Of a stretch of DNA of 64,000 nucleotides, positions 34,021 through 45,227 are shown piece by piece (position 1 is the stretch's first letter; the number at the start of each line of letters is the position of its first letter). The stretch comes from Rebecca billardiae RCC1528 (Eukaryota > Protista > Haptophyta): assembly GCA_965240325.2 (NCBI GenBank), contig OZ251245.1:1116001-1180000 (forward strand). Reading direction: 5' to 3'. The notes under the pieces were generated by a model, which was not told the DNA's origin, made no database searches, and saw nothing but the letters and a program-made list of their open reading frames with translations. The position numbers and the translations under genes were made by a program.

Positions 34021-36431
34021 TCAATCGATGATGCTCTCCAGCATGGAGAGGACAACTGTCTCGTCGTCTGCCGCTGCTTCGAGCCCGTCGAAGGCGCGCT
34101 GCTGGTGAGGCGCCGCTGCAGATGTCGCGGATGGCATGGGTAGTTGCATGGCGGACGAGATCGGCGAGCCGGTGTGGGCGCGCGCGGCGGCGCTGCCACC
34201 AACGAGACCCCTCGACGCGTGCGAGAGCATGCCAGGTGGCAGCGGCGCAGCGGCAGTCGTAGAGCCGACGTACCCAGGGATGAGGTGCGCCCCGCTTGCA
34301 GGGGGCATGCGCGTTGGTGGTGGACCCGACGGCGCCATGCCTGGCGACAGTGTGGCGCCCCGGCCCAGGTGGGCGCTGCTCTCCACGGCCTCTCTCGGCA
34401 CGTGCATGCCCGGCGGCATGTGCGCGTGCTGCTGCGCGGCGGACGGCGGCGTCTGGTGCTGCATGGGGGGAGGCTGCTGATATGGGCCGGGTGGAGGCGG
34501 CATGCTGTAGATGGCCGCGTGCGACTTCGGCACAGGTGTGCCGACGGCGAGATTGCTCGGCGGGGCTGCAGGCGGCGGCGATGGCGTGGATGCATGGGTG
34601 TGATGCCTCACAGACATCGTTGCCACGGCCGCAGCCGCAGCATCCGCGTTGAGCAGCCACCGCTGGGCCGGCAAGATGGTGTGCCCCGCGTGTGGTGTCC
34701 CCGGAGCCGCCAAGCCGCCCATCACCGATGCGGATGCGTGCGAGGCAACGAACGGCAGTCCCGCCGCCGCTGGCTCGAGCAGCACTCTGCTCGGTGAGGG
34801 TCTGGCGCCACCGACCACTCTGTCCGCGGCTGCGCTCGGGGGCGCCTGCGCAGCCGCCAGGCCGAGGAGCTCTGCCCGCGGCTGCGGCAGCGCAAGCTCC
34901 GCGTGCGCTGCTCGCACCTCGCCACGGCCCGCGCACGCACTCGAAGGGTCACCGGTGCCCATCCTCGCCCCTGCAAGCGCCTCTGAAGACACGCCGTGGT
35001 GCGTGGCCGGAGTGCCCGCGGGTATGGCTGCAGAGCGGATGATGGCGCCGGCGTCACTCGCCTGATCGTGCGTGACGCCTGCACGCGCCGCATCCGCTCC
35101 AGCGCGCTCCACGGGCGAGGACGGCGAGTGCGGCGCGTGCAGCCGCTGAGGCGGCAGCCGAGTGCCGGCGGCATGCGCAGCCGGCGGGGCCACCTCGCTC
35201 GCTTCGCTGCGGTGACAGCCTGACAAGGACTGCCGAGGCAATGGCCGGGCGTGGCCACCCGCAGCTCCGGCAGCGCATGCCGCGCTCGCACCAGCTCGCA
35301 GTGCCACGCGCTGCTGCGGCGCCGCCTCGCGCGCTCTGCCCAGCCTCCTGGTCTCGAGCTCGTGCGAGGCTTGCACCACCGTCACGTCTGCCGCCGCCGG
35401 CGTGCTCGCCGTGCGCGCGATGCGCGCAGCGGCGGAGTCGGTGGCGCAGGGCTGCTGTTGCTCCGGAGCATCACGATCGTCCGCGCCTGCCGCCTCGTCC
35501 TCGCACCCAAAGCACTCCTCGGTGCCACTGTCGGAGGAGGTGTCCCCCGCCATGCCTGGTCGCCGATGGATGAACCGGCACCGGTCGCCACAGGGGCAGT
35601 GCCCTGTCCGGCTGAACGTGCGGCACTTGACGGTCTTGTAGCGCGGGTGCCGGTTGCGCGAGCGAAGCTCAGGGTCGCCGTGCGCAAACTGGCAGCGGCT
35701 GCCGTACCTGCGCGGCGCGACGGGCAGCGACGCGAAAGTGATGCGCGCGCGCGATGGCGAGTCGTGGTGGGTGGCGCGTGTGAGCACTGGCAGCGAGTAG
35801 AGCAATGCGTGTGGGCGTGACACGGCGCTCGCGCAAGAGACGGGGCGACGCACGGGCAGGCTCCCTTGTCACGGAACGTCTTGCAGAGCTCCGTCTTGTA
35901 CAGCGGATTGTCCGTTTTGCTATTGCTCGCAGCGCTCGGCTTGGGCCCACCGCCGCCGTCCGTGGCGGGCGGGCCACTCGATCGCGTGGGGGCGTCTGGT
36001 CCGTCGTGCGTCGAAGCGCCGGCCTGCTTGATGGCCACCCTGCGGTGCTCGCTGCTGCTCGACGCTGTCGTCGCACTGCCGCGGCCCGCCCGACTCCCGG
36101 CGGTGCCGTCACTCATCTGATGCGGGCCGCCGGGCTGAGGTGCAGGCGAGTGTGCGCGCTCCTCCGCCGCTCGCGACGGACGGTGCGACCGTGACTGGGG
36201 CGTGTCCGTGGTGCCCCGACCCCGCAGCGATGCGCGCAGGGGCTGATACGGGGTCGCAGACTCGGCAGGCGGCTTGAGCCGATGGCCGCCGCCGCTCGGC
36301 GGCCGGTGCCGGTTGCTAGCATCACCCACGCGACGGCCCGGAGCCGAGGCGGCAGCGTGCGTGAAGCGCTGCGTCGGTGCCGCGGAGCCCGGCGCCGGCG
36401 CGCTGCTCGTCGCTGCCGGCGCGACGAGCAT
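34021..36431 (-). CDS. TIS11/ZFP36 (tristetraprolin)-family tandem CCCH zinc-finger RNA-binding protein
   Basis: YKTELCKTFRDKGACP|YGSRCQFAHG and RHPRYKTVKCRTFSRTGHCPCGDRCRFIH, joined by intron 35708-35853. Start uncertain (36431 or about 36116). Confidence 0.9.
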
Positions 36432-36483
36432 GGGCGCGGGCACCCAACGCCCGCGCGATGGGTCGCCGCCTCGCGCGTGCGGT

Positions 36484-36548
36484 GGGCCCACACTCTGACG
36501 AACCGCGAGCCCACCACCCGGCCTCGCGGTTCGTCAGAGTGTGGGCCC
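36484..36548. repeat. Perfect 26-bp stem hairpin with 13-nt loop
   Basis: GGGCCCACACTCTGACGAACCGCGAG at 36484-36509 and its reverse complement at 36523-36548. Confidence 0.9.
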
Positions 36549-36914
36549 TGCTCAAGTTACTTACACGAGGAGACTTTTTGCGACTGGATGCACCTGCAGG
36601 AGCACGACGCTCTACCGAAGGGCCAATAAGCAAGGGCCCTTGGCTCTACTACAGTTTACTAATACGAATATATGGGGGTAAGAGACGCACACAGCTCAGG
36701 CAGGCGAGATTACGGCTGCAGACGACTGAGGCCACTCGAGCGACTTCGTGTCTGGCGAGGCAGATCGCCAGTGCGTGGCGAGGCAGACGCTCGCCTGCCT
36801 CGCCCAGCGCTAAGTTAGTAAAGTAGCCGCGGCCGAACTTTACGAAAGCCAAATGTCTGCCGGGGCGCCGCCCGTCTTTTGCGCACGGTGACAAGGGCGC
36901 GCGAGGGCGCTTCC

Positions 36915-37595
36915 TCACGATCCCGAAGAGCGCTGGGCGCGGCGTCGCGTTGGCGGCGGCAGTAGCGGCGCTGGGGTGTATCTTGCCCATTCTGCGTGGC
37001 GGCGCGCTCTCCTGACGCCTCGGCCGCCGCCACGCCATGCGCGACCGGGCATATTGCCTTCTTGACGGGCAGTGCACACGCCCTTGCAAGCGCACAGCCG
37101 TGAAGAGCCGAGAGCGTCCGTCGCGAGCACGCCGCCCACGCGGGATGCGTTGCCATCAGGACTATATTCGTATGACACTGATGGGTGCTCGCGCTCTGGC
37201 AGGTGCGAGCCAGGATGACCATGGGTAGCAGCTACGATGAGCACTGCTGACTTGCATTTCAGCCGATGACATCCTCTCGTTCAGCGATCTTGACTGCGCT
37301 CTGAACGCATGGCGAACTCGGCAAAGCGCATGCGCAAGGTGGTTTCGGTGACAACACAACGCATATCATCCCGCGTGGGCACGTGCTCGCGACGGACGCT
37401 TTCGGCTCTTCACGGCTGTGCGCTTGCAAGGGCGTGTGCACTGCCCGTCAAGAAGGCGACACGCCCGGTCGCGCATGGCGTGGCGGCGGCCGAGGCGTCA
37501 TGAGAGCGCGCCGCCACGCAGAATGGGCAAGATACACCCCAGCGCCGCTGCCGCCGCCAACGCGACGCCGCGCGCAGCGCTCTTCGGGATCGTGA
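36915..37595. repeat. Long inverted repeat, about 230-bp arms with about 220-bp spacer
   Basis: Arms 36915-37147 and 37367-37595; near-identical translations appear on opposite strands (LATDA[L/F]GSSRLCACKGVCTARQEG...AQRSSGS). Confidence 0.92.
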
Positions 37596-37853
37596 CGGGC
37601 CGTCTGGGCTCTCCGCCGCCGTGCGCTGGCAAGGGGTGCTCACAGTGCGGAAAGACTGTGGCGTGAACGGTCGCGTTCGGCGTGGCGACGAACGGGACCG
37701 CGCGCGATCGCACACAGCCGCGCGGGTGGCAAACAGTATGCCGCAGCGCCGCTGCCGCCGCCCAAGCGAGGTCGCGAGCGACTGCCCTTCGGATCGCGAG
37801 CCAGCGCCCCCGCGCCCCTTGCGCCGCCGTGAAAGAAGACCGGGGCCGCCTTG

Positions 37854-39577
37854 GCGCGGCTCCGGATTCGGTTGACCCCTGCCAGTGGCGGGCATTCTGA
37901 GAACCGAGTCGAAGTCACTCGAGCGGACCATATAGCCGGGTCCCTCCCGACCAGCGATCCCGGTTCGTGTAATCTGGCCTCGCGAACGAACTCACGAACC
38001 TTGGTTCGCGAACCACGGCAGTTCGCGAACTCACGGCCTCCCCGGCGGCCCTCTCGCGAACGAACTCGCGAACTTTCGCGAACCGTACGCGAACCGATTA
38101 TTTATTCGATTTAATAGGAAAACTTGATTAAATATTGAATATTCTCCCGGCTTGGCGGAAATCATATTGGAATATCGACCCAAGATTACCTTGAGATTGG
38201 CCGCTTACATATGGGAGATTGATGGTGGTGGGGTTCACGAACAGTTCGCTTAGTTCGCGAACCGGTTCGCGAGTTCGCGAACTTCGCTCGGAGGCCAGCC
38301 GATGAGGCGAACGAACGCGAACCTAGGCGAACAAACACCGTTCGCGAACCCGTTCGCGAACTTTTTCAACGAACCGGGATCGCTGCTCCCGACCCCGGAT
38401 TGATGACTTCAAAGCGACATTGAGCATACACCCACCTCCCAATATGTTTCAGGCTCAATTTTTATAAGTGACACATACAGAAATCTGACCGAAATCCGAA
38501 ACATGGGTAAATGCATATTGACGCGGGTATTTCTGACGGAACTTGTATTCCATTCATGCATCGACGTGATACGCACGCCATGACCATGTCACGCCTCACG
38601 GCAGCTCACCGCCCCGCACTCGCGAGCGCGCTCTGGTTGGTCAGCTGCGCGCGCATAGCATTGTGCCGCGCTCTTCTCTCAGCTGGTACACCGCCAGACG
38701 CGGCCGCTCCGCCGCCGCTGCCGCGTGCCTCCGCCTCGTGCCGCGTGCTGGGGCGCCGCTGAAAGTCAGGCGTGATCGGTTGCACGGGCGTGAGCACGAC
38801 AACGCCGCGGACGATCGTGTCGCTCTCGATCTCGCCGGTGCCCAGCTCGCGCGAGCGCCGGTCAAGATCCATGCGCGCGTATCGCTTGAAATCAGACTCG
38901 CCCCCCCATCGTCCACCACTGCCCGTCCGCCTCCTTCTGCCGCTTGCTGCTTGTCTCGGGCTCGTGAGTCGCCCTCGTCGCGACTTGCAGTGTCGAGCGC
39001 GTAAGGATCACAAAGTACTCGTCCAGACAGAGAGGCCTGAGCATATCGACGACGAGATGGAAAAGCATCCGCTCCATCGTGTTGTGCGTCCTCGACATGT
39101 TCACCTTGATCTGATTGCAGAGGTCCGGAGACGGCGCAACGTGCAGAGAGGCTTGCACCGACCGTGGTGCACTGACGAGGTCGTGTCAGACACCGTGTGC
39201 ACGATCTCCAGGTCACGCGCGACCGCAAAGAGGTGCTCGGCATCGCGGTCGCCAAGATTACCTCCCAGCTGTTCGTCCGAGACGTCGGTGTCGAACACGA
39301 TGGGCACGTCCAACGCGACCCGCGCCCGCACCACCATAGTGGGCAAAAGGCCAATAAAAGTACCCGGACTCCCAGTAGAAATGGTGAAAATCGGGCTCTG
39401 GCGCCGTGTAAAAACAAGCGATCGCGGCAAACGGTGCGGATTCGCGCTCAGCTCGCCAACCCGAGTCCAGCAAGCCTTCGACCGCCTCCGTGCGACCTCG
39501 CGAAGGTCGTTTTCATTTTCGGTACGCCCGGTTTCTATGACCGGACTGGCAGGGGTCAACCGAAGCCGGAGCCGCGC
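37854..39577. mobile_element. Putative decayed DNA element bounded by 33-bp inverted repeats, hosting the hAT MITE
   Basis: GCGCGGCTCCGGATTCGGTTGACCCCTGCCAGT (37854-37886) versus 39545-39577, 32/33 match. Broken minus-strand ORF pieces at 38606-39350. No target-site duplication found. Confidence 0.5.
37952..38385. mobile_element. Non-autonomous hAT-type MITE, 434 bp
   Basis: Perfect 17-bp TIRs CAGCGATCCCGGTTCGT / ACGAACCGGGATCGCTG and perfect 8-bp target-site duplication CTCCCGAC (37944-37951 and 38386-38393). Many subterminal (GTT)CGCGAAC motifs and an AT-rich core. Confidence 0.93.
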
Positions 39578-41098
39578 AACTTTCGTTTATTCCGATATGA
39601 AAGTAATCTGACGACGCGAGGGTACGGGCGAGCTCCTAGCCTGGCAGGCTAGGTGTGCGGGCGCACACCTAGCCCGCCCAGTGCCGGCGACACCTGGCCT
39701 GGGACGATTTCGCTCGAGTGCACTCCGCGACTGCAGTCATGTTGAAGCCCGCCCCCCGCCCCCGATGTCCTTCGTCATAATCTGTATATAGAGTGTAGGG
39801 CGTATAGGTGATGCACCGCGTGCTGGCGACTGATAAGGGCGCTCGGCTGCTGATGATCGATGGGCTGCAGGGGGGGTGCAACCTGCTCAAGCTCTAGGCT
39901 GGCAGGCTGCAGCCGCAGGGTGTGTGTGTGTGTGTGCAGGCACCCTGACTTCAGCAGGCCCATGGTTGATGGGTGCTTTAGCGCAGGCGCGCGCCGCGGG
40001 CCCTGAGCCCCGGGGCTCGGAGTCCGCGAGCGACTACAGCGTGTAGCAAGTGGTACCAGAACTCTGGAGAGCGCGCCTGCGGCGCAGTGGCTGACCTTCA
40101 TATCGTCATAGTAGTCTTCATCACGTATCCACCACCTCACGAATTGCGCCTGTCTTAGCGCCTCGCTTTCAGCGGAGCGGCTCTCCGTACTCGCGGCGCT
40201 TACCGACACCGTGCGGTAGTAGGCTTGCAGCCAGCAGCGTTGATGTGATTGACGACGAGAGCTGCTACTTGGCGCGGTGCAGAAATATTGGCGGCATGCG
40301 ACATGAGCACACGTGCGCAGAAGCAATTGCCGGCGTGAGCGTGGTCGGCGCCGGCGGCTGCCCTGCCCCCTGGGTCACGGCTCATTCAGACGCTGCATCG
40401 GCCGACCTTGCGCCAGCATCAACCTGCACCGCTCCCGGCGCGCGCTCCGGGGTGCACGCGACGCCGCACGTGACACCTGGCGCAGCGGCTGACTCGACGC
40501 ATGGGTCAAGTCAGCCGCTGCACGTGTGGGTCGAATCAACTGCACGTCTTGGAGGTGAATGAAGTGCGGCGATAGTGCTCGCCGCCATCGTTGACGCAAG
40601 GGCTTGGTTCAGTTTCAAAGTTGGTTGACGAGACCCAGTGGGATCATGGGATGCAAGTACAATACAGTTTACTAAGAATAAGAGACGCACACAGCTCAGG
40701 CAGGCGAGATAACAGAACGAGCTTCGCCGGCATCGTTTCCACTTTCCATGCGCAGCGCGCCGCGCGCTGCCTGAGTCTTGCGGCCGCCAACCCTCGGCCG
40801 CGGTGCGCGAACGACGCCCGCCGCGGCGCCATGGACCCATTCGACGTGCGCACGGCCTCCTCGCGCGCGCACAGCGCCCTCGGCCTCTCCCCGAGCTGGA
40901 GCCCGATCCAGCGGCTGCCCTCGCGCTCGTGGTACCGCGGGATGGAGGCAGGGGGCACGCGCCCGCCCCCGCACGCGCCCATCGCGATGAGCGCGCTCGT
41001 CGCGCCGCCGGGCGCGCTCTCGCCGCTCTACGGCCGCATCGTTGACGCGCGCGGCGTGCCCGGCCGCGTGCCCGCCAAGCCCGACGCCTCGGCCAGCG

Positions 41099-41198
41099 NN
41101 NNNNNNNNNNNNNNNNNNNNNNNNNNNNNNNNNNNNNNNNNNNNNNNNNNNNNNNNNNNNNNNNNNNNNNNNNNNNNNNNNNNNNNNNNNNNNNNNNN
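41099..41198. other. Assembly gap (100 N)
   Basis: Run of 100 N. Confidence 1.
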
Positions 41199-41397
41199 AA
41201 CAAGCCATTCGTGCGCTGCTCACCAATTCGTCGACCCCAAGGCCAGCAAAGGCGCAAAGCAGGCAAAAGTCCGCGCCAATAATAACTTATTCGAGCGGCC
41301 ATCGCCGTCGTCGCCGGCCAGAGTGCTGCGCGCACTCAGCAGTCAGCACGTCCGGCAGCCTGCCGGCAACCGCCGCGGCCGCCACACCTCGGCGCGG

Positions 41398-41925
41398 ATG
41401 GGGGCGAAGGAGGAGATCGCGCAGCGCCTCGCCGGGGTCGACATCGCGTCGCTGACGCCAGCCGAGGTCAACGAGATCGCCCAGCTCGTCGCGCGCGCCA
41501 CGGGCCAGCCCAAGCCAGCGCAGTTTGGCGCGTCGCGGCACATGGTGCAGAACTTTGTCTCCGACCACGCCGAGCTCATGGGGCAGGCGCGGCCGTCGGC
41601 GGCGGGCGCGCGAGCGGCAGGCGCGCACGGAGGCCCCGCTCAACCGGGCGCTGGTGGCCACGCCGACGCCGACTTGCTGCCCGACGCGTCCGAGCTCACC
41701 AGCCCCGACGCCATCGTGGGCGCGATCGCTCAGTTTGACGGCGCGCTGCCGCCGGCCGCGGTGAGCACGCTCTCGCAGGCCATCGCGAGGCTCGCGGGCA
41801 CGCGCCCGCCGGGGCCGCTCGCACAGAGGCGCGTGTACGTGGACGACTTCTACCACGCGCGCGGCGGCGCCGACAGCCCCGCCGCCAGGGCGGGGCGCGC
41901 GAGGCACGCCGACATGCGGGCGCGC

Positions 41926-41956
<31 letters not shown>

Positions 41957-42900
41957 ACCTGCCGGCCGACGACGTCGGCAGCAATGCGGGCGGCGGCCAG
42001 CTGGTGCCCTACACGCCCGATGCCGCGCACGGCGCGCCGCCGCCCCACGTGGACGGCCTCGCGCCGCGCACGCAGGACGACCTCTTCGCCGCGTGCCACC
42101 GCGCGGTGACGGCGGGTCGCGGCAGGCTGCCGTCGCCGTCCGAGGCTCGACAGCTGGCGAGTGCGGTCTTCGAGCTGACGGGCATGCCCATCGGCAGCGA
42201 CCCCGCGCAGTACGTCGCGGACTGGTACAACTGGATGCGCTGGCAGACCGCCACGCCGCTCGAGCCGAGGTGCCAGACGGCGCGCACGCGGCTGGGCGCG
42301 CGCCGCAGCACGCCGGCCGCGCAGCGCGCGGACGGGCTCGCCGCTCAGCAGGCGCTGATGGCGGCGCAGCTGCAGCAGACGGTGCAGCAGCAGGCGCTGA
42401 TGCAGCAGGCGGCGTCGGCGGCGGCGCAGCAGGCCGTGCTGCACATGCAGCAGCAGCAGCAGCAGGCGCAGCAGCAGCACGACGCCGCGCGGCTGTGGGC
42501 GGCGCACACGCTCGGCTTGGGCGCGCCCAGCGCGTACGCAGCCGCACCGGACGCGTCGCAGCAGCAAGCGGCGATGATGCAGCAGCTGGGCGAGGCGCAG
42601 CACGCGCAGCAGCTGCGCATGGCAGCGCTCGTCTCGGCGGGGTACGCGCCCGGCGGCGCCGCGCAGCACGCGCCCGGCGCGTACCTGCCGCCCGGCGCCG
42701 GGTACGCGCCCAGCTCGGCCGCTCCGCCCGAGGGCGCCGCACCGGACTACTACCTGCGGTACGGCCACGCCGCGGGCGCCGCCCCCGCCGGCCCCGGATA
42801 CCCCACGACGGCCGGCGGCCACGCTGGCGCCGCACACGCCACGCCACCGCAGGTGCCCGCGGACATGGCCTCGGCAGGGCTCGCCACGCGCTTCAGATGA
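41398..42900 (+). CDS. Hypothetical Ala/Gln-rich protein
   Basis: ATG at 41398 (MGAKEEIAQRL), GC3-biased codons, a helical-looking block QYVADWYNWMRW and a poly-Q tract. Confidence 0.65.
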
Positions 42901-43354
42901 GGCAGACTGTGCCGATCGGGCCCGTTGGTCCCGAGCCGAGTTGGCCATTGGCCCACCGGAGCTGGCCGCCGCGGCGCCGCCGACTGCGCTGCCACCGTTG
43001 CGGCCGTCGGGCCGTGCGGCCGCATGCGGGTGCCGGGTCACGCAGCACAGCGTGCTCGCGTCCACGACAGGCTGCTGCGCCGGAGACAAAGTTGTAGAGT
43101 GGCAGTGCCAGCACTCCCGTGGCAGTGGGCCTGGGTCGCGGCCGCGCGCCGCCCTGGCCAGGCTTTGTGAGTGGCTGTGACGAATCTCTAATCAGTTATC
43201 AGGCGCAGTCCACTTGCAAGCACCAATCAGAACCGAGCTCGGCATCGATCCAGTATTGCCGCCTCGTCGGCCGGCCGCAACCCAGTACAACCCTTTGCCC
43301 ACCTTCCCGCTGCCCACCTCGGCCACGCACTCCCCCCGCGGGGCCGCTCGCACC

Positions 43355-44500
43355 ATGTCGGCGCCCCAGAGCGAGGGCCAGATCAGCACGCAGAGCGCGA
43401 TGGCCAGCATCGGCCTGACCGGGCGGCTCCAGAGGCAAGGCTCGCAGAAGCGGCGCAAGTCGTCGATCCGCAAGAAGATCAAGCACTCGGCGCTGCTGCT
43501 GGACGACGCACTCGCGTTCGGCGCGCGGCCCGCGCAGGAGAAGGAGGAGCCGGCGCAGTCGAGCCCCCTGCCTGGGATTGCACGTGCGGACGACCCGTCC
43601 GTGCTCGCCGACAAGATCGTCGCCGATGACACCACTGACAACAACGCCGACGACGGCAGCCAGGGGGACGAGCACACGCCGGCCAAGGCGGCGGACGGCG
43701 GACAGCAGGTGGCCTCCCTGGACGCCTCGATTGGGCGTTCGGTGCGCATCGTCGACGAGGACCCGCCCGCCGCCGACACGGGCGCGCCCCAGCCGCGCCG
43801 TCGCGCGGGCTCGCTCGCCGTCGCGGGCACGTCGCACCGCGCGCCGATCAAGCGATCCTCCTCCGTTCCTCGCGACATCATCTCGGCCACGATGAGCACG
43901 GGCGCGCAGTGGCGCGCGGACTTCCTCGCGCTGCGCCGCACGGAGCCGCCCAAGCCCACCGTGCCGCGCGAGCGCCGCCCGATCGACCGCAACGCGCCCG
44001 TGCCGCGCGTCTCCAGCCGCCGGCTCTCGTCGGCGTCCGAGGCGGGAGCGGCCGCGTCTGACGCCGCGCCGCCTCCGACCGAGCAGCCGCGGCGGGTGTC
44101 GGTCAAGCCACCCGACGCGGCGCCGCGCCCGCCTGCCGTCGGCGGCGCGGCTGGCTCGACGGACGCCTCCTTCAAGAGCGGCGCACCAACCACGCTCGCG
44201 CCGCTAGGCAGCGAGCGGCCCGCGCTGCCGCCGTGGCGGCCGGGCGGCCGGCGGCTCTCAGACCCCGTCGGGGCGCAGCTGCCGGCGCCGGCGCGGCGCG
44301 CGTCGCTGCAGCCGCTGCAGCACAGGCGGCGCAGTGGCTCCGTGCCCAAGGACCGCGCGCCGGCGGCGCGCGAGGGCGCGCGGCCCAAGGGCCAGCTCCG
44401 TCCGCTCGAGCAGGGCGACGCGGCCGGCGCCCGCGCCGAGGGTGACTCGGCCAGCGCGCAGCCTGCGTTTGCCTCGGTGGCCCCGCGCGCCGGCGCGTGA
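43355..44500 (+). CDS. Hypothetical disordered Pro/Arg/Ser-rich protein
   Basis: caccATG at 43355 and basic NLS-like KRRKSSIRKKIK. The 3' end may be spliced (GTGAG at 44497). Confidence 0.55.
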   Translation: MSAPQSEGQISTQSAMASIGLTGRLQRQGSQKRRKSSIRKKIKHSALLLDDALAFGARPAQEKEEPAQSSPLPGIARADDPSVLADKIVADDTTDNNADDGSQGDEHTPAKAADGGQQVASLDASIGRSVRIVDEDPPAADTGAPQPRRRAGSLAVAGTSHRAPIKRSSSVPRDIISATMSTGAQWRADFLALRRTEPPKPTVPRERRPIDRNAPVPRVSSRRLSSASEAGAAASDAAPPPTEQPRRVSVKPPDAAPRPPAVGGAAGSTDASFKSGAPTTLAPLGSERPALPPWRPGGRRLSDPVGAQLPAPARRASLQPLQHRRRSGSVPKDRAPAAREGARPKGQLRPLEQGDAAGARAEGDSASAQPAFASVAPRAGA

Positions 44501-45227
44501 GCACGCGCCGAGAGCGCTCGCAAGCTCGAACGGCCTGGCCCGGGCAGCCGCACCTGGGCAGGGTCGCGAGATCGTACCTCGAGATTCGGCCGAGATCGAC
44601 ACTCGGTGCCTCGTGAGGCGTGGGGCGCACAGCGCGCGCTCCAACCGGTATATGTGCCCATCCTGCACGCATGTTCGTGTCGCGCACGCCCACGCGCTAC
44701 GTGCAGCCGTCTGCCACGGACCAGGGGCTGCTGCAGCGCGATGGCGCACACGAGGTGTCGCCTTCGCTCGCACCCGCGCTGCTTCCCCGCGCGGCCTCCC
44801 TCAAGTCGCTGAGCCCCCCGCTGAGCGGTGATGTCTGCTGACCACAAGCAAAGCGTCGCGGTCACCGGCAGCAAGTGACTGACAAGTCACTCTTCGCAGT
44901 CGGACCAGCGCCGAGGCCTTCATCAACGTCGCGATCACGCGGAGTGCTGGCGCGCTGCCCCTGAGGCCGCGAGGTGCCGGTCGGCGGCTCACGAGTCGCG
45001 GGACTGGCGGCGAGTCAGTCACTGCTGAGCATGCAACTTGAAATCCGATCAACGGGTCTGACTAGATCACTATAGATCCGCGATATCAACTAGGCTTCAG
45101 ACTCAGACTGTCAGACTCAGAGTAGTCTCGGTAGTCAGACTGATGAGTGATGGTCCTAACTTTACTACTGCACGCTCAGATGCCGTATTGGCAGCCGTCT
45201 AGTGAGTAGTGCCGTGGCCCGTAATCC

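Noticed and set aside
40591-42900. 769-aa ORF spanning the N gap
   Set aside because: The frame across a 100-N placeholder is meaningless; the left part (40831-41098) may be a separate truncated gene.
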